A stretch of DNA of 64,000 nucleotides from a virus: IMG/VR virus record IMGVR_UViG_2848853605_000003. The stretch is one strand, 5' to 3'. How positions within the stretch are numbered: the stretch's first letter is position 1; each line of letters starts with the position of its first letter. The position numbers and the translations under genes were made by a program. Below, piece by piece: positions 26,483 to 34,358 of the stretch. The notes under the pieces were generated by a model. It was not told the DNA's origin. It saw only the letters and a program-made list of their open reading frames with translations, and ran no database searches.

Positions 26483-26814
26483 GGCTAGTCATTGTTGAAT
26501 CACCATATGCGGGCGACGTCGAGCGCAATCTGCGCTACCTGAGCGAGGCCATGCGAGATTGCCTCCTGCGCGGCGAAGCTCCGTTCGCGAGTCATGCGCT
26601 ATACGCGCAAGCCGGCGTGCTGGATGACGCGAAACTGGACGAAAGGAGACTTGGTATCGAGGCTGGTCTCGCATGGGGTCGGCTGGCTGATAAAACCGTC
26701 GTGTATGCCGACCTCGGCATATCAAGCGGCATGGTGTACGGAATTGACCGCGCTGCGCAGGAGGGGCGACCGGTTGAATATCGGAGTCTTCCAGGATGGA
26801 GGGCTGCAGCGTGA
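26479..26814 (+). CDS. Nucleoside deoxyribosyltransferase-like (DUF4406-related) protein
   Basis: LVIVESPYAGDVERN...GEAPFASH.LY...DLGISSGM. Confidence 0.65.
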   Translation: MRLVIVESPYAGDVERNLRYLSEAMRDCLLRGEAPFASHALYAQAGVLDDAKLDERRLGIEAGLAWGRLADKTVVYADLGISSGMVYGIDRAAQEGRPVEYRSLPGWRAAA

Positions 26815-27155
26815 GGCAGAGCATCCAAGCCCTGGGCCGGCTGAAGACCGGCGCAATGAACAAGACCGAGGCGGCATATGCCCAGCACCTGGAGGCGCAG
26901 AAGGTCGCCGGGCGGGTGGCCTGGTTCAAGTTCGAGGGGCTGAAGTTCCGGCTGGCGGATAGTACGTTTTACACGCCGGATTTCGCGGTGATGTTGGCCA
27001 GCGGAGAGATGGAGGCGCATGAGGTCAAGGGCTTCTGGCAAGACGACGCGCGCGCCAAGATCAAGATCGCAGCGGACATGTACCCGTTCAAGTTTGTGGC
27101 AATCAAAGCCCGCTCCAAGAAAGATGGCGGCGGCTGGGCGGTGGAAGAATTTTGA
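26811..27155 (+). CDS. DUF1064-like PD-(D/E)XK endonuclease
   Basis: MNKTEAAY...YTPDF...HEVKG. Confidence 0.8.
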   Translation: MRQSIQALGRLKTGAMNKTEAAYAQHLEAQKVAGRVAWFKFEGLKFRLADSTFYTPDFAVMLASGEMEAHEVKGFWQDDARAKIKIAADMYPFKFVAIKARSKKDGGGWAVEEF

Positions 27156-27171
27156 GGCAAGGGGCAGTGCA

Positions 27172-27663
27172 ATGGTGATGAACGAACTGGAAAACGACGA
27201 CAAGCTGAAGGCGATAATCGCGCTGGAGCAGTGGGGGAAGTGGCAGCGCCAGGGAAACGGCAAGGACCGCTCGCCAGGGCTGGAAGGCAAGTTCCGCACG
27301 AACCGTTGCCCGGCCTGTTTCGAGGACGACAACCCGTGCGAGGCCTGCCGATATCTCAAGGGCGCCAGCGAGGTGCTGGACCTGCGCCTGGTGCTGGCTG
27401 TGGAGCGCGCCATCAGCTACGGCACGATGCGGGGGTCGATGGGTGGCGGCCGGGCCAGGGTGACGAATGGCTGCAGCGTGAACGAGCGCGACATCCTGCT
27501 GAACCACTACCGCGGCAAGGTCGACGCCGCCGGCACGTTCAAGCTGCCTGATCTCCGATTCAAGCGCGACCGGTTGGGCATGCACGCCGCACGGTACGAC
27601 GCAATTGTGGCGAAGCTGACACAAGAGGTCTGGAATCGCGCCAAGCGAAATATGAGAACTTGA
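27172..27663 (+). CDS. Late antiterminator Q-like protein
   Basis: LEQWGKW motif, Zn-binding Cys residues, position at the end of the nin region before a promoter/terminator pair. Confidence 0.6.
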   Translation: MVMNELENDDKLKAIIALEQWGKWQRQGNGKDRSPGLEGKFRTNRCPACFEDDNPCEACRYLKGASEVLDLRLVLAVERAISYGTMRGSMGGGRARVTNGCSVNERDILLNHYRGKVDAAGTFKLPDLRFKRDRLGMHAARYDAIVAKLTQEVWNRAKRNMRT

Positions 27664-27688
27664 CGTGTAATATGAGACGATATAACAT
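27660..27688 (+). promoter_or_regulatory. Late promoter PR'-like
   Basis: TTGACG-17-TAACAT directly after the Q-like gene. Confidence 0.55.
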
Positions 27689-27769
27689 CACATTTACAAC
27701 TTGATTGACCGTCGAACGGTTTGAGATGCCACTCTTGCGGGTGGTTTGTCACGTCCGGCGGAAATGAAT

Positions 27770-27803
27770 AAGCCCCACGGTTTCGCCGCGGGGCTTTTGT
27801 TTT
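27770..27803 (+). terminator. tR'-like terminator
   Basis: AAGCCCCACGG-TTTCG-CCGCGGGGCTT followed by T-rich tail. Confidence 0.75.
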
Positions 27804-27809
27804 GGTTGG

Positions 27810-28031
27810 CTAGTCGTTCTGGGGCAACTTTAGTTTTGCCCAAAGGAGTTGAACGCGCTTTCGTGCCAGCGCTTCGCTGATTTCAAGATGACTGGCGATC
27901 ATCGAGTAAGGAAAATCATCAATGAAGCGTAACTTAAACAGCTCTGCATCTTTTTTGCTCAGCCTGTCGAGGCGCCCCTTCAGTGCATCCAAATAAAGGG
28001 GGGCAAGGCCGTCATTATCTTGGTCGCTCAT
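27810..28031 (-). CDS. Stand-alone sigma-70 region-4-like HTH protein
   Basis: LDRLSKKDAELFKLRFIDDFPYSMIASHLEISEALARKRV. Confidence 0.65.
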   Translation of the reverse strand: MSDQDNDGLAPLYLDALKGRLDRLSKKDAELFKLRFIDDFPYSMIASHLEISEALARKRVQLLWAKLKLPQND

Positions 28032-28163
28032 GCTTCCCACCATTCGAAGAAATTTCAAAAATACAGCCAGGCCATCGCCGCCGACACCGTAACCACCAGT
28101 AGCGGCTAAACCTGGCAACACGGACGCCGGCCCTCCCGCGTGAGCGCCCCGCAAAACCGGCAC

Positions 28164-28703
28164 CTATTCTGTCATAGCCTCGCTGGTCCGCTTTTTTGAT
28201 AGCCTCCAGGCCTCGCGATTGCGTAGTTTGTATTGCAGGTGGGCTGCCGGGTCGGCATGTAGACGTTCGCGCCATGCCTGCTTGACTCTGCGGTTGTACG
28301 AGACGTAGGCCGGGCATGTCCGATACAACTCGCGCATCTCCGCCGCGCGGCGCCGGTTGTAGTCTGGATCGCGTAGTAGTCGGCGGTGATAGTCCTCTAG
28401 CCACAACCGCCGGTCATGAGCGGCTTGGCAGGTTTCGCTGCAGCAGAGGCGAGCGTGAACCCAAACGAATGGAGAGTGGCAGACTATGCAAACACGGGTG
28501 TGTCGGCATGTGGCGCACTCGTACGCCGCGTCGCGGCGCCCAGCGTTGCTCTTGCAATAGGGCAGCCGCCACTGCTGGATGTCCTCGAAACGCCCGCAGT
28601 CGCATTGGCATCGCCACATGTACCCCTTGTAGAGCTTATGCAGGCGGACGATAACGGTCAGCCGGCCGAAGCGACGGCCGGACAGGTCAATCGGCGGCGG
28701 CAT
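28164..28703 (-). CDS. Zn-finger protein with a homing-endonuclease-like N-terminus
   Basis: IDLSGRRFGRLTVI...WRCQCDCG; several CxxC pairs. Confidence 0.55.
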   Translation of the reverse strand: MPPPIDLSGRRFGRLTVIVRLHKLYKGYMWRCQCDCGRFEDIQQWRLPYCKSNAGRRDAAYECATCRHTRVCIVCHSPFVWVHARLCCSETCQAAHDRRLWLEDYHRRLLRDPDYNRRRAAEMRELYRTCPAYVSYNRRVKQAWRERLHADPAAHLQYKLRNREAWRLSKKRTSEAMTE

Positions 28704-28917
28704 CAGAGCATGCTAGGAGGGGTAAAAGTGCCTCATACGCAGCCCGGACGCGAGACACTGCTCGGGACACTGCCGCCGGCCCGGTTAGGCCGACAGCCGC
28801 AGCCGCCTCGCGCATATTCACCCCGCCGAGGATCGCCAGGCGCGCGGCCTCGGCGGCCTTGCCGGACAGTCCGAGAACGTCCGGGCCGGCGATGATGTCG
28901 AATTGAGCAGGGGTCAT
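28687..28917 (-). CDS. TrfB/KorA-type HTH, Aca4-like
   Basis: MTPAQF...AARLAILGG....AAAAVGLT..AV. Confidence 0.7.
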   Translation of the reverse strand: MTPAQFDIIAGPDVLGLSGKAAEAARLAILGGVNMREAAAAVGLTGPAAVSRAVSRVRAAYEALLPLLACSDAAAD

Positions 28918-28919
28918 GA

Positions 28920-29354
28920 CTACCCTCGGCCTGGCGCGTGGCTAAACGATTGGCCGGCATCATCCTCAGCCATGGCCTCGGAAATCAGATCATCGGCCAC
29001 AGCATCACGTGCGCCGCCGTTTTTCAGGTGGGCCTGATACCACGCGACAATGAGCGCTGCCACATTGTCCTCTGGACCATTGCGCAACACCTCAACAGGC
29101 ATACGACTGGCTACGCATACCCGCTCGATTGTCGGCCAATCGAAACTGACGTGACCATCACTATCGCGCGCTAGGCGCAGATCGGAGAAATCGACGTTGT
29201 CGGGGATGGCCACTCTGGCCAATTGCTGTTGCATATGCGCCTCCGCTGCCTGAGACAGCCAGTCAGATAGTTTCATGCCAGCCGCGCGGCTGGCCCAGAC
29301 CCAGCGGCTCTTAGCGGCCCTGGGGACAAACAGGTGGATGGGTATCTCGTCCAT
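28920..29354 (-). CDS. Hypothetical protein with an N-terminal ribbon-helix-helix
   Basis: IHLFVPRAAKSRWVWASRAAGMKLSDWL. Confidence 0.6.
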   Translation of the reverse strand: MDEIPIHLFVPRAAKSRWVWASRAAGMKLSDWLSQAAEAHMQQQLARVAIPDNVDFSDLRLARDSDGHVSFDWPTIERVCVASRMPVEVLRNGPEDNVAALIVAWYQAHLKNGGARDAVADDLISEAMAEDDAGQSFSHAPGRG

Positions 29355-29392
29355 GATGTGAAAAACCCCGGCTGGACCGGGGCTCCCTTGTT

Positions 29393-29689
29393 TTAGGCGT
29401 TGTGCCATTCGCCTCGATCCCAGACATCATTCGCGATTGCCTTGATCTCTTCGAGCATCGAGTCCTCGCGCTCGTAGTCATCGATATCGAGGCCTTCCAC
29501 GCGGGCCTTGCTGCCGCCGTTTTCAATCACGACATCGATGTATTTTACTTCAGGGTATGCGGCCGCCAGGCGCTCTTGCACCTCAACGCGGTAGTTCTCG
29601 ACAGCCGGGTCTTGTTCTGCGCCAGCGCCAAACGAGCCTTGGCCAATGTTGTCGGTGCCGATGATGTAGGTGATGGTGATGTTTTTCAT
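29393..29689 (-). CDS. Acidic small protein, candidate anti-CRISPR
   Basis: 98 aa, D/E-rich, first gene after a strong promoter; RBS AGGAG. Confidence 0.6.
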   Translation of the reverse strand: MKNITITYIIGTDNIGQGSFGAGAEQDPAVENYRVEVQERLAAAYPEVKYIDVVIENGGSKARVEGLDIDDYEREDSMLEEIKAIANDVWDRGEWHNA

Positions 29690-29752
29690 GATGTTGCTCC
29701 TAGTCAGGAATCGGGGAGCCGCCCCGGCGGCGGACTGCGTTGCTTGCCGTCC

Positions 29753-29793
29753 ATGAGTTCAATATAGGCTTGTTGATAAAAATGGTCAACAAG
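29753..29793 (-). promoter_or_regulatory. Strong promoter with inverted-repeat operator
   Basis: TTGACC-17-TATATT overlapped by CTTGTTGA-N9-TCAACAAG (29769-29793). Confidence 0.75.
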
Positions 29794-29872
29794 AAAATGC
29801 AGAATAATTACCCATTGTGGTTTTTACCTAACGCCCCGCACTCCGCGGGGCTTTTTCATTCCCGAGGCCCGC

Positions 29873-30064
29873 ATGCGGCTACACCACACAACCATCGTCT
29901 ACGAGGCTGCGCCCTGGGGCCGTGGCGCTGAGCTGGTGCTGATCACCGGCACGCGCTGTCGAGTTGTCGCACACCGCGGCCACGAAATCACAGTGCGGCT
30001 CTACAGCAACAACCAGATCGTCACATTCACCCGGCGCGCGCTCGCCAACATGATCGAGAGATAG
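29873..30064 (+). CDS. Small hypothetical protein
   Basis: 63-aa ORF after a terminator-like hairpin. Confidence 0.4.
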   Translation: MRLHHTTIVYEAAPWGRGAELVLITGTRCRVVAHRGHEITVRLYSNNQIVTFTRRALANMIER

Positions 30065-30066
30065 CC

Positions 30067-30276
30067 ATGACCCAGCCCATCACCGCCCGCGTTCAGTTCG
30101 ACGGTGTGGCCGCAGAGGAGCGGATCAACGCCCTGGTGGCCGAGTACGCCGGCCAGTCGATCAGCCCGCACCGGATGGAGGCGATCCGGCGGCGCGCTGT
30201 GGCCATTGCGACGGAGTGCATGGACGTAGAGATCGTGCCGACGGGCCAGGCCGAGATGTCGTCAGCGCATCAGTGA
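30067..30276 (+). CDS. Small hypothetical protein
   Basis: 69-aa ORF with phage-like codon use. Confidence 0.5.
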   Translation: MTQPITARVQFDGVAAEERINALVAEYAGQSISPHRMEAIRRRAVAIATECMDVEIVPTGQAEMSSAHQ

Positions 30277-30501
30277 CATAGCGCCGAGTAGCAGGGCGAT
30301 GGTCCCAGCGACCTGCCCGGCGATCCGGCAATACCGCTTGCGCTCTCGCCGCGACATGCCCGTGTAGAGCGTCAGATAGAGATTGGTGGCAACGGCAGCC
30401 AGGACCGTCACGGCGCCGGCGAGTAGGAGTACTACCAGGAATCCATGCAACTGTGCGATGGCCTGCTTGATCGGGGACAGGAAATCAATCTGCGTGGGCA
30501 T
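30262..30501 (-). CDS. Small membrane protein
   Basis: Two hydrophobic segments. Confidence 0.4.
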   Translation of the reverse strand: MPTQIDFLSPIKQAIAQLHGFLVVLLLAGAVTVLAAVATNLYLTLYTGMSRRERKRYCRIAGQVAGTIALLLGAMSLMR

Positions 30502-30751
30502 GGTTGACTAGCTGCCGCGCGGGTCTGGGGCAGGGCATCTGCCATCGCGGACGAAATAACCCCTCTCGGCGCATTTGATGGCTGCCGCATCTGCTGCAGC
30601 ATTGGTCAGTAGTATGCCGGCCACAGTCGGCAGCCCTACCAGCAGCGCAACGATATAGATAGCACGGAGCGGCATCCCGATCTCCAATCATGTCAATGGT
30701 ATGGATTGTATCAGGATGCTGCCAGGTGGTGCGGGATTAACCCCATGCGCA

Positions 30752-31003
30752 TTACAGCTGTTGCGCGGCCTCGATGGCAGCAATCAGGCACTCCAGCGCA
30801 AACTGCTCGCAGTAGCTCAGCCGGACATCCTGTGGTGCGCCATTGACGATGCGCCGGCCCGCGACTATGTACCTGATTCGACGGTCGGTTACGCCCAGGC
30901 GATCAGCAATCCATTTCTGAGATTTGCCGGTGCTGGTGATGCGCTCGATGAGTTGCAGGGCGTATTCGTGCGCTGGGTTGTAGTTTGCTGCGTTCGGGGT
31001 CAC
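30752..31003 (-). CDS. Aca1-like HTH anti-CRISPR-associated repressor
   Basis: PNAANYNP...SQKWIADRLGVTDRRIRY...YCEQFALECL resembles Aca1 as I recall it (PDASNHDP...SQRRAAELLGLSDRVMRY...QFALECL). Confidence 0.8.
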   Translation of the reverse strand: MTPNAANYNPAHEYALQLIERITSTGKSQKWIADRLGVTDRRIRYIVAGRRIVNGAPQDVRLSYCEQFALECLIAAIEAAQQL

Positions 31004-31012
31004 TAAATAGTC

Positions 31013-31372
31013 CTAGTCTAATGTGTCGTTGATGGACTCGATCCAGCCATCCGGGGCCGAGATAATGGGCCGCCTCCGGCGGACGACCGCAACTGTTGCA
31101 ACCGGCGCGCGCCGGCAGGTTTGGTCAAACAGGGCGGGGCATTTGGCCAGCAGGCCGTCAAACAGTCGGGTGTTGTCCTGCAGTGGCAGATATTGGCGGT
31201 AGCGCGCCCATAGGGTAATGACAGCCTGCTCAACGCCATCATGATCGATCCCGTTGGCGGGGTGGTGGATCACCAGCCGGCGCCCGCATGGTGAATAATT
31301 ATAACGCGGCTGGATGATCGTCGCCCCGCCGCCGTGGCTGGCGTGGTGGATCAGGATGTTGTTCGGTTTCAT
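31013..31372 (-). CDS. Hypothetical protein, candidate anti-defence
   Basis: 119 aa, directly upstream of the Aca1-like gene. Confidence 0.55.
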   Translation of the reverse strand: MKPNNILIHHASHGGGATIIQPRYNYSPCGRRLVIHHPANGIDHDGVEQAVITLWARYRQYLPLQDNTRLFDGLLAKCPALFDQTCRRAPVATVAVVRRRRPIISAPDGWIESINDTLD

Positions 31373-31379
31373 GACGGCC

Positions 31380-31820
31380 TCACACGCTGGCGCGCAGGTA
31401 GTTGGCGATGGTAACCAGGGCGTCGCGGCCCATGTCGCGGGAGTGGAACTTGCCGTCAGCGGCATCAAACCACAGTTTGGAGGTGCCGCAGATATCGCGC
31501 AACATGCGGCGTGCCTCGCAGTTGCTGATGGATTGGCCGTTGATGCTGGCGCTGCTGATGTTGCCGGTTTTGTAGTAGCTCACGCGCAGGCCGGTTGCGG
31601 CGCAGAACAGCTCCTCCAGGTCGTTGAAGTACACGCGACGCATGTCGGCCTTCTCCCAGAGCTTGCCGCCCAGCTTAACCAGCGCCTCAACAGACATTTT
31701 CGCAGCTGCCCAGGCCATGCGCAGGGACTCGCTTATGTACTCGACTGCGCGGCCTCCGAAATTGGCGGCGGCTGCGCGAGCGGTCTTCCAGGCTTCGATC
31801 ATGATTTGCTTGGTGTTCAT
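31380..31820 (-). CDS. Hypothetical protein, candidate anti-defence
   Basis: First gene of the operon; WEK..RRVYFN...YYKTGNISSA..NG..ISN. Confidence 0.6.
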   Translation of the reverse strand: MNTKQIMIEAWKTARAAAANFGGRAVEYISESLRMAWAAAKMSVEALVKLGGKLWEKADMRRVYFNDLEELFCAATGLRVSYYKTGNISSASINGQSISNCEARRMLRDICGTSKLWFDAADGKFHSRDMGRDALVTIANYLRASV

Positions 31821-31860
31821 GGCGGTTCTCCGGGGTTCGCCTTCTCGATGTGAGCGGCTT

Positions 31861-31933
31861 ATGAGTTCACTATATAGGATCAATGTTCCTAATTCAATGT
31901 GGAAAACACGCAATTCAACGGAATAATGTTCCG
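31861..31933 (-). promoter_or_regulatory. Strong promoter with two inverted-repeat operators
   Basis: TTGAAT-17-TATAGT; TAGGATCAATGTTCCTA (31875-31891) and CGGAATAATGTTCCG (31919-31933). Confidence 0.75.
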
Positions 31934-32010
31934 TTTTGCATTTGCGCAACAGCCGCAACACAAAATCGCCTCAGCAATGGGGCGTTTCTGTTTTTGGGCT
32001 GGGGGAAATC

Positions 32011-32442
32011 ATGACCACCATCGCATTCGACGGCAAGACCATGGCTGCGGACGGCCGCTCCACGGCGGACAACATCATCATCACCGACGAAGCGGTGAAA
32101 CTGCATCGCATCGAAACCAACCGCTGGAGCCAGCGTCCGGCGATTGTCGGGATCAGCGGCGAGGCCACGGCGGGAAGTGCAGTGCTGTCCTGGCTGAGAG
32201 GAGAAGGCCATCCTGACGCATCCCGCGACTGGTGCGCTCTGATCTGGGATGGAGAGACAGCGCGCACCGTGACGGCCGATTGCCTGACGCCGGAAATCTG
32301 GCCTGGTCCGATTGCCATCGGCTCGGGCAAGCTCCCTGCGCTGGCTGCCATGCGAGCCGGCGTCGATGCGCCCCGAGCCGTGGAGGTGGCGATCACCATG
32401 GATGTGCACAGCGGCGGGATGGTTAGCTCGATATCACTGTAA
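32011..32442 (+). CDS. Phage HslV/proteasome-like Ntn-hydrolase
   Basis: MTTIAFDGKTMAADG...AIGSG...DVHSGG. Confidence 0.75.
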   Translation: MTTIAFDGKTMAADGRSTADNIIITDEAVKLHRIETNRWSQRPAIVGISGEATAGSAVLSWLRGEGHPDASRDWCALIWDGETARTVTADCLTPEIWPGPIAIGSGKLPALAAMRAGVDAPRAVEVAITMDVHSGGMVSSISL

Positions 32443-32462
32443 CAGACACAACGAGGTGAACC

Positions 32463-33056
32463 ATGGCCCACTGCGGAGCCAAAACCCGCAGCGGGAAACC
32501 GTGCGCGGGCGCTGCAATGAAAAACGGTCGCTGCAGGATGCATGGCGGCAGGTCAACCGGTCCGGTCGGACACAAAAACCACGTCACGCCAGGCAGCATC
32601 TACAGCAAATACATGACACCGGAGGAGCAGGCTGAGGCCGCTGCGCTGGAGCTGGGCAGCGTGGATGAGGAGCTGCGGCTCACTCGCATCCGCCTGGCGC
32701 GTGCGCTGAAACAGGAGCAGGAGCGTGCCGACACGCTGGAGCTGGAGAGCGAGAAGATTGAGCCGGCGTTTTTCGAGGGCGCAAAAGAGGGTGCAACCCG
32801 GACAACGACGACAAGCAAGGTCCGCGACTACACGTCGCTGATAGACAGGCTGACCGGGCGCATCGAGTCGCTGGAAAAGACCCGCGCCGAGCTGATGCGC
32901 GCCGCCGGCCGGGATCTGGACGACGATATCAAGCGGCTGGAGATCGAGAAACGGCGCAAGGAGCTGGCAGACCCGAACGACGAAGCGCCGACGCCGGTTC
33001 AGATCGTGGTAGAGGTGAAGGACGCCAGAAAGCGCAGCGACGATGCCGAGCCTTAA
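32463..33056 (+). CDS. Terminase small subunit (HGGxSTG domain)
   Basis: CGAKTRSGKPC...GRCRMHGGRSTG; lies upstream of TerL. Confidence 0.8.
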   Translation: MAHCGAKTRSGKPCAGAAMKNGRCRMHGGRSTGPVGHKNHVTPGSIYSKYMTPEEQAEAAALELGSVDEELRLTRIRLARALKQEQERADTLELESEKIEPAFFEGAKEGATRTTTTSKVRDYTSLIDRLTGRIESLEKTRAELMRAAGRDLDDDIKRLEIEKRRKELADPNDEAPTPVQIVVEVKDARKRSDDAEP

Positions 33057-34317
33057 TGTTCCACAATCGCAATTTCTGGCGATGCCCAACAAATTCCGCG
33101 CCTACGTTGCCGGCTTCGGCTCGGGCAAGACTTGGGTTGGATGCGGCGGCCTGATGCAGCACTTCTGGGAATATCCCCGGATAAACGCCGGGTATTTCGC
33201 GCCGACCTACCCGCAGATCCGCGACATCTTCTACCCGACTGTCGAGGAAGTGGCATTCGACTGGGGCTTGCGCGTCGAGATCAACGAGTCGAACAAGGAA
33301 GTTCACGTTTACGAGGGACACAAGTTCCGCGGCACGACCATCTGCAGGTCGATGGAGAAGCCGGAAACAATCGTTGGCTTCAAGATCGGCAAGGCGCTCT
33401 GCGACGAGTTGGACGTGATGAAGGCCGAGAAGGCGCGGGCGGCGTGGCGCAAGATCATCGCCCGGATGCGCTACAAGGTGGACAACCTCAAGAACGGCGT
33501 GGACGTGACGACGACGCCCGAGGGCTTCAAGTTCGTCTACGAACAGTTCGTGAAGCAGGTGGCGGAAAAGCCTGAGCTAGCCACGCTATACGGGCTGATT
33601 CAGGCCTCGACATTCGATAACGAGGCCAATCTGCCCGACGACTACATCCCGTCGCTGATTCAGTCCTACCCGCCGCAGCTGATTCTGGCTTACCTCAAGG
33701 GCCAGTTCTGCAACCTGACCAGCGGCAGCGTCTACCCGTGTTTCGACCGGCGGCTGAACCACTCCGACGCCGAGATGATGGTCGGCGAGCCACTTCACAT
33801 CGGCATGGACTTCAACGTCCTGAAAATGGCCGCAGTCGTCTATGTCATCCGCGACGGCTGCCCTATCGCGGTAGATGAGCTGGTGGACGTGCGGGATACG
33901 CCGGAGATGGCGCGCATGATCAGCGAGCGCTGGAGGCGCACCGGCCACGCCATCACGATCTACCCAGACGCCAGCGGCCAGAACACGAGCAGCAAGAGCG
34001 CCAGTGAGTCCGACCTGTCGATACTGCGGCAGGCCGGATTCGCCCTGAGCGTTACCGGATCGAATCCGCTGGTGAAAGACCGCGTCCTGTCGACGAACGC
34101 CATGCTGCTGAACGCGGAGGGTGCGCGGCGGATGAAGGTCAACACCCGCCGCTGCCCGAAATTCACGGAGGGGCTGGAGCAGCAGGCCTATGGCCCGAAC
34201 GGCGAGCCGGACAAGTCCAGCGGCGTCGATCACGTCAACGACGCCGGGACTTATCCCATTGTCAGGCTGTGGCCGATCGCTAAGCGCACTGCCACCCAAT
34301 CCAAACTCAACATGTAG
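33043..34317 (+). CDS. Terminase large subunit
   Basis: AGFGSGKT, DELD, TTTPEG, GMDFN, DHVNDA. Confidence 0.95.
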   Translation: MPSLNVPQSQFLAMPNKFRAYVAGFGSGKTWVGCGGLMQHFWEYPRINAGYFAPTYPQIRDIFYPTVEEVAFDWGLRVEINESNKEVHVYEGHKFRGTTICRSMEKPETIVGFKIGKALCDELDVMKAEKARAAWRKIIARMRYKVDNLKNGVDVTTTPEGFKFVYEQFVKQVAEKPELATLYGLIQASTFDNEANLPDDYIPSLIQSYPPQLILAYLKGQFCNLTSGSVYPCFDRRLNHSDAEMMVGEPLHIGMDFNVLKMAAVVYVIRDGCPIAVDELVDVRDTPEMARMISERWRRTGHAITIYPDASGQNTSSKSASESDLSILRQAGFALSVTGSNPLVKDRVLSTNAMLLNAEGARRMKVNTRRCPKFTEGLEQQAYGPNGEPDKSSGVDHVNDAGTYPIVRLWPIAKRTATQSKLNM

Positions 34318-34358
34318 CCCGCCGTCGAGCGGGCTTTTTACTACCCGCAGGAGGCAGC

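Noticed and set aside
27810..31933. Solitary CRISPR repeat (RNA anti-CRISPR) in the acr-like operons
   Set aside because: I could not find a convincing type I-C, I-E or I-F repeat match in the leaders or intergenic gaps.
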